DNA from: Octopus bimaculoides
Lineage: Eukaryota
Length of the DNA: 41,112 bases
Assembly (NCBI RefSeq): GCF_001194135.2
Contig: NC_068993.1
Coordinates: 58,500,229-58,541,340, forward strand
Direction: 5' to 3'
The notes beneath the pieces are model-generated. The model worked only from the letters and a program-made list of their open reading frames with translations. It was not told where the DNA came from and made no database searches. Of this stretch, positions 24,013-34,720 are shown piece after piece (positions within the stretch are counted from its first letter, which is position 1; each line of letters opens with the position of its first letter). The translations under genes and the position numbers were made by a program.

Positions 24013-24067
24013 TAATGCTTTTAAATTTTTACAATAACAATCTTATATGGATCCCCAGGGCCATATG

Positions 24068-24220
24068 AGGACGTAATCGACTACTCCATTACATCCACTC
24101 TAGTAATTTACAAGTAAGTTACGTTGTTGTCCCTGAAAGGTTGAGAGGCAAAGTCGATATCAAAGGGTTTTGAACTCAGAACGTTGAGAACCACAGAATA
24201 AAAGCCGTTTAGCATTACCG
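24068..24220 (-). mobile_element. SINE family C, diverged
   Basis: CCCTGAAAGG..GGCAAAGTCGA..TTTGAACTCAGAACGT. Confidence 0.65.
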
Positions 24221-24374
24221 AAAGGTAGTGCGCAGTACCTAAAGATAGTGACTAATGCTCTAGCCTCCAGTTGACCGATTTTTTGTGACATGAAGCTGTT
24301 AGATGTGAGCTGCAGAAAGGCTCGTCGATCCATACACAAGCACACATACGAACACACACACATAGACCTATACC

Positions 24375-24445
<71 letters not shown>

Positions 24446-24449
<4 letters not shown>

Positions 24450-24696
24450 GTTGGTACATAATTATTCCGGCTGCTTTTCAACTAATTTTATTCAATAAAA
24501 ACATTAACAACATGTAACAAAAACATCTTTAAATGATTATTCCGGAGCATATTCACCATCTACTTCAATTATTGCTTCCCATTTGCTTGGCAGATGGTCA
24601 GACCGTTATTTAAAGATGTTTTTGCTAAATATTGTTATTGTTTTTGTTGAATATAATTTGTTCAAAAAAAAGCTGCAATAATTATGCACCAACCCA

Positions 24697-24697
<1 letters not shown>
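24446..24697 (-). mobile_element. Mariner-derived MITE, 252 bp, TA target duplication, ~90-bp inverted arms
   Basis: Termini TTGGGTTGGTRCATAATTATT resemble mariner TIRs of the Hsmar1/MADE1 type. TA flanks both ends (24444-45, 24698-99). The core carries the transposase C-terminus. Confidence 0.9.
24537..24599 (-). pseudogene. Mariner transposase C-terminal remnant
   Basis: Translates as DHLPSKWEAIIEVDGEYAPE*, matching the mariner C-terminal pattern LPxRWxxxIxxxGxY. Confidence 0.8.
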
Positions 24698-24729
<32 letters not shown>

Positions 24730-25338
24730 TGTATGTACTTCAGAGTGTGCGTCTGCAGTTTATTCGGAAATACAGGACGAACACCCATATGTATGTGCTC
24801 ATATGTACATACACACACTCACACATATGCACACACACGAACACACATACACACTCACCCATCCACACATGTACATATATGCTTATATATATATACATTT
24901 ATAAATATGCATGCAAACACACACACACAGTATATATATATATATGCATGCAAACACATACACATGCGCACGCATACATACATGATTAGTTTACCAGATT
25001 TATTTTTCATTTATTCATCAGGCACCCTACCCTGAATATTATATCTAATTTTTCTTAGTTGTTATTATTTCCTTTTCCAAAATAGTCTTTGGATTTTGAT
25101 GTTTTGAACATCGGCGATTCCGATTTTGCAAATTTTCTAAAATTTCCTTCTGCATTCCTTGTACTTACAACACCTACGTACATGCACATACGTTTATATA
25201 CATTTGCATAAACACACATATTCACAAATACGTAAGCACACACACACACACACATACACAGCGGAGTGAATGAACAAATGAATCTAGCACTCAACACATT
25301 CGGTTAGAGTTACACGTATTCAACAACAGTTTCACTCA

Positions 25339-25402
25339 TCTCCACAGTACTCAAAGTTTCGTGGATGTATATAACACGTCCGTCTCATCAGATTTACGGG
25401 AA
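25339..25402 (-). ncRNA. Degenerate type I hammerhead ribozyme
   Basis: Minus strand reads CTGATGA-G-ACGGACGTGT-TATAT-ACATCCAC-GAAAC-TTTGA-GTA. The core and GUA triplet are intact, stem II is partly paired and stem I is eroded. Confidence 0.65.
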
Positions 25403-25853
25403 AAGTGTAGAGAGTTTGACAGGGATTCAAAGTATCTTCTAGGTGTTTATGCCTCCAATGTCCATCTCAGGTCATAGTGCTGTCAAAGTGACATCTGTTG
25501 CTTTCATTATTTTAAGTTTATGTGTTGAAGACTGGCTGTTTATAGGATGTTTTTGCTTCTTTCACGACAGGTTGCCTCGTGGTATATTCAGCAGGAGTTG
25601 TTCTTTGCACTGGACACCTCACGTGTAGGCAAAATAATGGTGTCGGTTATTTGTTCAGTGGAGATTGAACACATAAGCGACAATAGTTTCTACGATGGTT
25701 ATTGAGCTACAATTGAGGTCACATTGACCAGCATAAGTGGGCTTTAGGATTGGATATATTCTGATCTTATGTGTGAGTCACCTAAACCTAAGGTGATATA
25801 TCCGGGCTATCAGCGGCCAGAGCTTAACTTGAAATTCATCAACACGTACTTTG

Positions 25854-25917
25854 TCTCCGAACATCTGACGAGGTGGACGTGTCCAAGGCGCCTACAAAAC
25901 TATAAGTTGGGTGGCAT
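25854..25917 (+). ncRNA. Degenerate type I hammerhead ribozyme (inverted partner of 25339-25402)
   Basis: TCTCCGAACAT-CTGACGA-G-GTGGACGTGT-CCAAG-GCGCCTAC-AAAAC-TATAA-GTT. GAAAC has become AAAAC at a CpG. Confidence 0.55.
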
Positions 25918-26059
25918 TCAATCAAGCTGCTATCAAATACATAAATATATATGCGTGTGTATACATATATATGAATGAGTGTGTGTGTATGTATGTATAT
26001 ACATACATACATACATACATACATGAATGCCTGCATACATACAGACCGACAGACAGACT

Positions 26060-26091
<32 letters not shown>

Positions 26092-26960
26092 TAAAAACTA
26101 AGAAGCCCGCTTACTATGCTGCGTTGGGGAAATATTTATAGAAATGATTTACTTCTGGTTGATCTGAAAATGGCAAATGAAGAGACATCCAGAAAGATAT
26201 GGAAAACATTAATCTATGCATGTGGTTCGTCAAATGTGATTCTCAGAGTGTCGGTCGAGTGAAATGTCGCTTTTCAGTAAGCAAATTAACATCTCAGTGC
26301 AGCGGCGTATATTGTGTAATTACTATATTTTGTACATCTGACACAGTCCACTGCATAGAAATACATAAATGAATTATGAATAAATAACATTTGACGGAGA
26401 ATGTAATAGATGTAACGTAACACAGAACAGACAATATAAAGAGCTAAAATATTATATATTCGCTCAATTACTCGTTGAGAAGAGTGACGAATGGAAGCGC
26501 GCTGGGCCGATACACCAGAGATCCGTAAATCGAATTTGCACTCTGCGAAGAAATTGATATCATCTTTTTATACTTATATATTACAAATGAATTGTCTATA
26601 GATATACTAACCATATGCGTGTATAAATACTAACGGTGGTGGGTACAGATATAATACGATAGAAATTTATACAGGGCGAAGTGGTCACCAACCCACCGGG
26701 GTGCACCAAACCAAAATAGCGTAGCACACAGAAACGACAAGAGGATTTTTCACTTAGTATATGTGATCTATGTAGATATGTGTGTATACGTCTGCATCTG
26801 TTTAAACACGAAAATATAAGTATTTCTATGAATATAAGTTTGAATGCAAGCGTGTGTATAGATTAAACGTTAACGATGAAAATAATAATACGCACGACAA
26901 AATGAAAATGAAGTGTAATTATTGGTATAACACTCAATAAATGATTAAAGGTGTAGAAGT

Positions 26961-27000
26961 GTCTTCAACGTTTCGAGCTTTGGCTCCTATTCAGAAATTT
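26961..27000 (-). ncRNA. Degenerate minimal (Penelope-type) hammerhead
   Basis: Minus strand reads TTT-CTGAATA-G-GAGC-CAAA-GCTC-GAAAC-GTT-GAAGAC. Stem II is a perfect 4 bp, stem III is the palindrome AACGTT, and core G8 is mutated. Confidence 0.5.
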
Positions 27001-27342
27001 AGATAGAGGAGAGAAGATTTGTGAAGGAAAGAAAGGATATAGGAGTAAAGAAGAAATATGTGTTTGTATGTCTCAGGAATACTTTAAAAATGGAGAAGGA
27101 CGAATAACTGAAAATGTCTGAAGCTGAATATGGTTTCAAACCTATGAGATAGTTGATGGAGGTTTTGTGTATTTTCCAGCTTCTGAAGAGAATGGCCAGT
27201 TATTGAAATGCAGTCATAATTACTAAGTTGAATATGTGCGTTCCTTGCTCACGCAGCAAAAAGAGAAACTGAGAGCCACGGTAATAGTACTACTACTACA
27301 AACACCACCACAACTAATACCACCACCACCACTCACTAAAAC

Positions 27343-27344
27343 TA

Positions 27345-27399
<55 letters not shown>

Positions 27400-27410
27400 T
27401 CTACTCTCTA
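27343..27410. repeat. (ACT)n microsatellite
   Basis: Direct reading. Confidence 0.95.
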
Positions 27411-27465
27411 CTGCAAATGTAACTTCTATCATAGATGCTAAAACTTGGCAGTGGATATCATCAGT

Positions 27466-27595
27466 GATGCAGCGCGGTGCATCGCGACATAGCAAGTTGT
27501 AGCACAGCGTAGCGCGATGTCGCGTGGCTCACTGCGGCACAGCGCGGCATAGCGTGGCATAGTGCGGCATAGCATTGCGTAACAAGGCGTAGCAC
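27466..27595. repeat. Degenerate GC-rich pentamer array (GCATA/GCACA/GCGCG/GCGTG)
   Basis: 5-bp periodicity is clear in GGCACAGCGCGGCATAGCGTGGCATAGTGCGGCATAGCA. Confidence 0.75.
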
Positions 27596-28237
27596 CCTTT
27601 TACGGAGTCTCCTCTGTGGCCAACTTTTCGAGCTTATATAACTACTTCTCCCCATTCTACAATTAGCCTTGAAAATCCCGAAAAGAGCAAAGTCGCTGAC
27701 CCTCCTTAAGAAGAAAGTAGATCAATCACCAATGCAACAATTACTAAAATTACAACGAAGACTGATACTATTACTACTGCTACAGTTACTGGTACCATAT
27801 CTGTTTCTACCACTACCACCAACAACAACACCAACAACAACCGCAGTCGCCACCACTGTAACCATCAATGCCTATAAATAGAGGTAAGGAGGGCGTTGAG
27901 ATAGAGGACTAGATGAAGAGGAGGTGAGCGAAAGAGAACGAGAGACAAAGAGAGAAAGAGTGAGACGCAGAGACAATGAGAGAGAGAGAGAGAGAGAGAA
28001 AGAAATAGACAGACAGATAGATAGACAAGACAGGCAAACAAACAAACACACACNNNNNNNNNNNNNNNNNNNNNNNNNNNNNNNNNNNNNNNNNNNNNNN
28101 NNNNNNNNNNNNNNNNNNNNNNNNNNNNNNNNNNNNNNNNNNNNNNNNNNNNNNNNNNNNNNNNNNNNNNNNNNNNNNNNNNNNNNNNNNNNNNNNNNNN
28201 NNNNNNNNNNNNNNNNNNNNNNNNNNNNNNNNNNNNN

Positions 28238-28566
28238 GATAGTGGTGCTGGTGGGGAGGATCTGGTGCTAGTGGTATTGACAGTGGTGGTGGTGGTTGCG
28301 CTGGTGGAGGTAATGGTGACGGAAGTGGTGATGGTGGTGGTGATGGTTTTGTCAGCAGTGGTGATGGTAGTTGTCTTAATGACGGCGTCGCTGTTGTTGC
28401 TGCTGTTGATGATGATGATGATGATGATGGTGATGACGACGACAACGACGACGACGATGATGATGATGATGATGATGATGACGATGACGATGACNNNNNN
28501 NNNNCGATGATGATGATGATGATGATGATGACGATGACGATGACGATGAAGATGATGATGATGATG

Positions 28567-28603
<37 letters not shown>

Positions 28604-28839
28604 CTACCAATTAATAGCAACAGCAGCAACGCCATCAGATGCAACGGTAACACCTGTAATAGCAGCAACAACAGCTGCAGCTATAACAACAACAACAACA
28701 ACAGCAGCAGCAGCATCACCAGCAGCAACAAAAACAGCGGTGACAGCAAGCATAGTAAATCGCACAGCTGCAGCAACAACGGCAACAACAATAACAACGG
28801 CAGCAGTTTCAGTAATATTAGCACCAGCAACAAGAGCTG

Positions 28840-28884
<45 letters not shown>

Positions 28885-28955
28885 TCGTAGCAACAACGAC
28901 TGTGTTTGCATCTGCTTGACAATGCTTGCAGCACCACCGCCAACAACAGCAGCAA
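28238..28955. repeat. Compound trinucleotide region (GGT, GAT/GAC, CAT, CAA, CAG)
   Basis: Direct reading. Confidence 0.93.
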
Positions 28956-28960
28956 TAATC

Positions 28961-29152
28961 ATTTCTAATAAAGAAAGATACAAGGCTTGGAATTTGTGGG
29001 GAAGGGGATTGTCGATTTCATCGACCTCAGTGCATAACTGGTACTTATTTCATCGACCCCGAAAGGATGAAAGGCAAAGTTGACCTCAGCGGAATTTGAA
29101 ATCAGGACGGACGAAACGCTGCTGAGCATTTTGCCCGGCGTGCTAACAATTC
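28961..29152 (-). mobile_element. SINE family C
   Basis: ATCGACCCCGAAAGGATGAAAGGCAAAGTTGACCTC.GCGGAATTTGAA. Confidence 0.85.
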
Positions 29153-29360
29153 TTTTCTACTCTAGGCACAAGGCCTCAAATTTTGCGGGAGGGGGCCAGT
29201 CGATTAGACCGACCCCAGTACGCAACTGGTACTTAACTTATCGACCCCGAAAGGATGAAAGGCAAAGTTGACCTCGGCGGAATTTGAACTCAGAACGTAA
29301 AGACAGACGAAATACCGCTAAACATTTCGCCCAACGTGCTAACGATTCTGTCAGCACGCC
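29153..29360 (-). mobile_element. SINE family C, near full length
   Basis: Highly similar to 4557-4750 and 4986-5182, and to the reverse complement of 14997-15212. Confidence 0.9.
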
Positions 29361-29537
29361 TGACTTGTTTCCCTCCATCGGTTACGACGACGAGGGTTCC
29401 AGTTGATCCGATCAACAGAACAGCCGGCTCGTGAAATTAACGCACAAGCGGCTGAACACTCCACAGATATGTGTGCCCTCAACGTAGTTCTCGGTGAGAT
29501 CCAGCATGACACAGAATGTAACAAGGCTGACCCTCTG
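29361..29537 (-). mobile_element. SINE family D tail (runs into a gap)
   Basis: TCGGTTACGACGACGAGGGTTCCAGTTGATCCGATCAAC..CTCGTGAAATTAAC..CTCCACAGA. Confidence 0.87.
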
Positions 29538-30509
29538 NNNNNNNNNNNNNNNNNNNNNNNNNNNNNNNNNNNNNNNNNNNNNNNNNNNNNNNNNNNNNNN
29601 NNNNNNNNNNNNNNNNNNNNNNNNNNNNNNNNNNNNNNNNNNNNNNNNNNNNNNNNNNNNNNNNNNNNNNNNNNNNNNNNNNNNNNNNNNNNNNNNNNNN
29701 NNNNNNNNNNNNNNNNNNNNNNNNNNNNNNNNNNNNNNNNNNNNNNNNNNNNNNNNNNNNNNNNNNNNNNNNNNNNNNNNNNNNNNNNNNNNNNNNNNNN
29801 NNNNNNNNNNNNNNNNNNNNNNNNNNNNNNNNNNNNNNNNNNNNNNNNNNNNNNNNNNNNNNNNNNNNNNNNNNNNNNNNNNNNNNNNNNNNNNNNNNNN
29901 NNNNNNNNNNNNNNNNNNNNNNNNNNNNNNNNNNNNNNNNNNNNNNNNNNNNNNNNNNNNNNNNNNNNNNNNNNNNNNNNNNNNNNNNNNNNNNNNNNNN
30001 NNNNNNNNNNNNNNNNNNNNNNNNNNNNNNNNNNNNNNNNNNNNNNNNNNNNNNNNNNNNNNNNNNNNNNNNNNNNNNNNNNNNNNNNNNNNNNNNNNNN
30101 NNNNNNNNNNNNNNNNNNNNNNNNNNNNNNNNNNNNNNNNNNNNNNNNNNNNNNNNNNNNNNNNNNNNNNNNNNNNNNNNNNNNNNNNNNNNNNNNNNNN
30201 NNNNNNNNNNNNNNNNNNNNNNNNNNNNNNNNNNNNNNNNNNNNNNNNNNNNNNNNNNNNNNNNNNNNNNNNNNNNNNNNNNNNNNNNNNNNNNNNNNNN
30301 NNNNNNNNNNNNNNNNNNNNNNNNNNNNNNNNNNNNNNNNNNNNNNNNNNNNNNNNNNNNNNNNNNNNNNNNNNNNNNNNNNNNNNNNNNNNNNNNNNNN
30401 NNNNNNNNNNNNNNNNNNNNNNNNNNNNNNNNNNNNNNNNNNNNNNNNNNNNNNNNNNNNNNNNNNNNNNNNNNNNNNNNNNNNNNNNNNNNNNNNNNNN
30501 NNNNNNNNN

Positions 30510-30565
<56 letters not shown>

Positions 30566-30575
30566 AGAAAGAGAG

Positions 30576-30614
<39 letters not shown>

Positions 30615-30620
30615 AAGAAA
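30510..30620. repeat. (AG)n/(AAAG)n array
   Basis: Direct reading. Confidence 0.95.
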
Positions 30621-31172
30621 GTATATAATGTGTGAGCATTTATGTGTGTGTGTATTTTTATGTGTGTGTTCTTGTCAGTAGGTTTCGCCGTGTCCATTGT
30701 GAAATAACAAAAAATACGAGATTTTCAATAACAAAAATAAGCCATTTTCTTTCTTCTGTTTTTATTAAGAACCGAAGTTAATTTGTTTGTTTGTTTGCTT
30801 TTTGTTTCCTTCTTCTTGTTTCGCCCTATTCATTGTTATTGTTTTTCTTTTCTTTGAGTGTGTATGTGCTGTTGTTGTTTTTTCTTCTTTTTATTTTGCT
30901 TCCTTTTTTTTCTTCTCTTTCTCTCTCGCTCTCTTCTACCGAGATTCTATGAACGGCAGTACTTAACTTTCGCAAGAAAAACCCAGAGAATTGAAAACAG
31001 CTCAATTCTGCTCGAAGAGCAATGTCAAAACGATTTCGAAAATAACAACACAACATATTACCAAACAAAAATAAAAACAAACAAAGAATAAATACATTCA
31101 AATTCAAATGATCATTAAGTGAAGTAAAGAAATTCTTCTTTTTAGATGGAATCTCTCTCTGTCTCTCTTTAT

Positions 31173-31249
<77 letters not shown>

Positions 31250-31644
31250 CTCTTCCTCTCTCTTTGGCAAATTCGTACTTTCATTACAAGACTTGTCATT
31301 TATTTGGCGCTCGCTCACATTGAATTTTGTGACATCCATTTTTCAGTTGTCCAGATTTCATTCTCGGAAAACAATCAAACTTTTAAACATTGAAACATTA
31401 TAGTTCTAACTCTGAGACCATCTTCGGAGGGAGCCACGTAATAAACAGACGTATTGATTGGTTTTTGCACCCCCTCACTCCATCCCAAACCACCACCCCA
31501 CTTCTCAACCAAGTTCTGACGATCGATATTTTCGAGTAGAAAACATTTCCATTAAAGTTTCTTTTGAAAAACCTTCACCGTTCCAAATAAAGTCCCGTCT
31601 TAAAGACATTCAACTATTAACGAAGAAGCTACTTCAAAGCCGAC

Positions 31645-31775
31645 AGACCTGCTAAGAATAGCAGCCAAATCTACCTTATATAACCCCTCTAACATTTTTT
31701 TTAAATGCACATACAGGACATACTGCGTAATGTAGTCCTAGATATACGTAGTCTGAATAAAATACGGAATAGTTT
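31645..31775 (+). mobile_element. Unclassified interspersed repeat F
   Basis: Carries AATAGCAGCCAAAT (31657-31670), also seen at 10609-10622 and in variant form at 8671-8687. Confidence 0.5.
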
Positions 31776-32092
31776 CTCGACTGGAATAACTTTACCCATT
31801 GGTGTTCTGGATCGCGGATTATGTGAGATTAAGCGACAAGAGCAGCAAAGAGGAAATCTCTGCACAGCCAGTTGATCTGCTGGGAATAACAGTTGCCCAT
31901 AGAAGACAATTCTCCCACAAATCCTGGTCCCGATGTTAAAATGGTTCACCGTGGCTGGAGCGCCATAGATCAGAGGTTTGACTGACTGCTAATCAAGTTT
32001 ACTTGGCGAGCTAACGAATGAGTCTTTACGTAATGCCAAGGTATAGAAGACAAATCGCCATTAAATCACATCTTAAAGAGGATGTTGCGTAC

Positions 32093-32100
32093 GATGGTGG

Positions 32101-32157
<57 letters not shown>

Positions 32158-32400
32158 TGGTGGTGGTGGTGGTGGTGGTGGTGGCGTTGGTTGTGGTGGA
32201 GGCGGTGCTTGTGGTGGAGGCGGCGACCGTGGTGGTGGTGGTGGTGGTACGGAGAAGGAATAGGAGTATTATGGTAAGAGTGGTGAGGGCGATGGCGTCA
32301 GTATTGTTGTTGATGATGAGAATGAGGATGAGGATGAGGAAGAGGGAGGGGTTAAAGATCATGGTCATCATCATGATTATCATCATCATCATCATAATGT
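32093..32400. repeat. (GAT)n/(GGT)n then (CAT)n compound array
   Basis: Direct reading. Confidence 0.92.
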
Positions 32401-32789
32401 TCTTGATTACGAAGGTGATGTTGGCGGTGATGGTGAGGGTGCAAGTTTTGACAGCCCTGCTGATGATGGTGGTGACGATGATCGTTCTTGAGTCTAGAAC
32501 ATGTACGTGCAGGCCTGGTCATGATTTCTTTAGTAAGCCACCGTTGTCCTCGCCCGCAAATCCCTTCCCGCCACCACGCTATTGATGTTTACTTAAGGGG
32601 GAGCCAGCCCCGACACAAGCGTCGCCATAGATGTTTCTGTTAGACAGCAAAAAACCAGAGCGGATGCATTCTTCCAATCTTTCCACGAGAACAATATAAA
32701 ACTGTCAATATTTCAACCTCAATCTGTTGCCACGTTTTTTTAATCTCCTATTCCTTCGATCCTATAAAACACTCTCTTGGAATATAACT

Positions 32790-32905
32790 GTCGGCGAACT
32801 GACAGAGACGTTAGCACGCCGGGAGAAATGCTTAGCGGTATTTCGTCTGTCTTTATGTTCTGAGTTCAAATTCCGCCGAGTTCGACTTTGCCTTTTATTC
32901 TTTCG
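32790..32905 (+). mobile_element. SINE family C, 5' half
   Basis: CGTTAGCACGCCGGGAGAAATGCTTAGCGGTATTTCGTCTGTCTTTATGTTCTGAGTTCAAATTCCGCCGAG. Confidence 0.9.
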
Positions 32906-33066
32906 TGTGTGCATATATATGATGGATCTCTGCTCTCCACTCTTGTCCAGTCCAAAGATGACTATCACTGACTAACGACGAAGATTTTAGGCTCAAGAAG
33001 ACTTGCACAACAGTTTTTGGACCGTCCCTACCTTGTTGGCATATATACATCCATTCATATATGACA

Positions 33067-33185
33067 AACCTCTATACAGTTTTCCCTTTACCAATTCTCT
33101 CTCACGTGATATTGATCAACCAAAGATCGCGGTAGAAGATACTTACCCTAAGTGCTGTTCAAAGGAATCGTAAACCAGAACCACC
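33067..33185 (-). mobile_element. SINE family B-like head, highly diverged
   Basis: CAGTTTTCC..TACCAA.T..CTCAC..GTAGAAGATACTTACCC.AAG.TGC. Confidence 0.5.
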
Positions 33186-33417
33186 GCTTTTATCAATAAT
33201 TAAACGTAAAAAGCTGGTTAGAATAATCAAACATCTGTGTGGTATTCTTTCCTTTTAATTTTTACATAAAGCCAGAAGTTTTGAAGAGGTAAGAGTCGAT
33301 TTCTTCACCCCATCCACTCCACCGACACTTGATTTATCGATCCAAAACGATGAGGAGACACAAAAACCAAACAGGAGCGAGGAATTGCAACCAGACCTCG
33401 CTTTACGCTACGTAATA

Positions 33418-33548
33418 TACTCTTTACTCTTTACTCTTTACTCTTTACTCTTTTACTTGTCTCAGTCATTTGACTATGGCCATGCTGGAGCACCGCCTTT
33501 TAGTCGAGCAAATCGACGCCAGGACTTATTCCTTGTAAGCCTACTACT
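33418..33548 (-). mobile_element. SINE family B, 3' end with an expanded (TACTCTT)n tail
   Basis: About 5 copies of the 7-bp tail unit, then CAGTCATTTGACTATGGCCATGCTGGAGCACCGCCTTT. Confidence 0.88.
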
Positions 33549-33568
33549 TAAGGGTACCTGAAAACAAG

Positions 33569-33783
33569 AATTCCTTCTACAATAAGCTGAAGGCCTGAAA
33601 TTTAAGGGAAGACGAAGTGGGTTACATCAACCCCGGTACTTGACTGGTACTTATTTTATCGACCCCCGAAAAGATAAAAGGCAAAGTCAACCTCAGCGTT
33701 ATGAGAACTCAGAACATAAAGAGCCGCAAGAAATGCTACTAAGCGTTCTGATCGGCATGGAAACGATCCTGGCAGCTCGTCGA
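33569..33783 (-). mobile_element. SINE family C, diverged
   Basis: GACTGGTACTTATTTTATCGACCCC..GGCAAAGTCAACCTC..AACTCAGAACATAAAG. Confidence 0.8.
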
Positions 33784-34039
33784 CTTTATTGCATCATATT
33801 ATTGGTAATATGGAAATACTTTTCAATAAAACACACTAGAGAAAACAAATCATATTTAGTCTTTACAGTATAATCATCATTTGCAATATTGAATATAATC
33901 TTAATGCAAATACTCTACAATAAATATTGCGCAATAAAAATCGTAGGATGATGTGGAATTAGATGTTACTTCACTGCCCCTATTCCTCCAAGCCATTGTT
34001 TATGTTTTATTCTACACACATATTTATACATACACATAT

Positions 34040-34295
34040 GGCGAAGGAGTGGCTGTGTGGTAAGTAGTTTGCTTACCAACCACATGGTTCCGGGTTCAGT
34101 TCCACTGCGTAGCACTTTGGGCAAGTGTCTTCTACTATAGCCTCGGGCCAACCAAAGCCTTGTGAGTGGATTTGGTAGACGAAAACTGAAAGAAGCCCGT
34201 CGTATATATGTATATGTATATATATGTGTGTGTTTGTGTGTCTGTGTTTGTCCTCCCAACATCGCTTGACAACCGATGCTGGTTCGGTAAAAGAG
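34040..34295 (+). mobile_element. SINE family B, well-preserved 5' two-thirds
   Basis: GGAGTGGCTGTGTGGTAAG (A-box-like), GGGTTCAGTTCC (B-box-like) and CORE-like TTGGGCAAGTGTCTT. Confidence 0.9.
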
Positions 34296-34492
34296 GTATA
34301 TCAGCCGAAACGTCGTGCTAACAACAAACAAGATGAGGACAAATATCCGTCAGATGTAAATAATGTACAGAATTCCTCATCTCTTAAATATAGAACAGTC
34401 AGATTAGAGCTTTGTACCTCTTTGAAATTAATAAATGTCTCTCCTGTAGAAGTCTTAAACCTTGTGGAATGAACCTTGTATATATATCTATC

Positions 34493-34688
34493 TTCTTTTA
34501 TCTTTTACTTGTTTCAATCACTGGAACATATCCACACCAAGACTCCTCCGTGAAAGGTTTAGTTGAACAAACCAACTTATTTTTAAGTCTGGCATTTATT
34601 TTGCCGGGCTTTTTCGCCGAACTTCTAAATTGTGGGGACGAAATTAACCAACAACAGTTATCAAACGATTGTGGGAGACAAATATAAC

Positions 34689-34720
<32 letters not shown>

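Larger units (their letters stand above)
25339..25917 (-). mobile_element. Probable Penelope-like element relic with inverted hammerhead-bearing terminal repeats
   Basis: Imperfect inverted repeats of ~80 bp each contain a hammerhead core. A weak GIY-YIG-like translation lies between them. Confidence 0.45.

Noticed and set aside
23769-24194. hAT-like terminal inverted repeats GTGGTTCTCAA / TTGAGAACCAC
   Set aside because: There is no 8-bp target duplication, the terminal CAG is imperfect, and the right motif lies inside a diverged family C SINE. The left end may still be a hAT MITE remnant.
1466-30697. ORFs containing long X runs
   Set aside because: These are artefacts of reading through N gaps.
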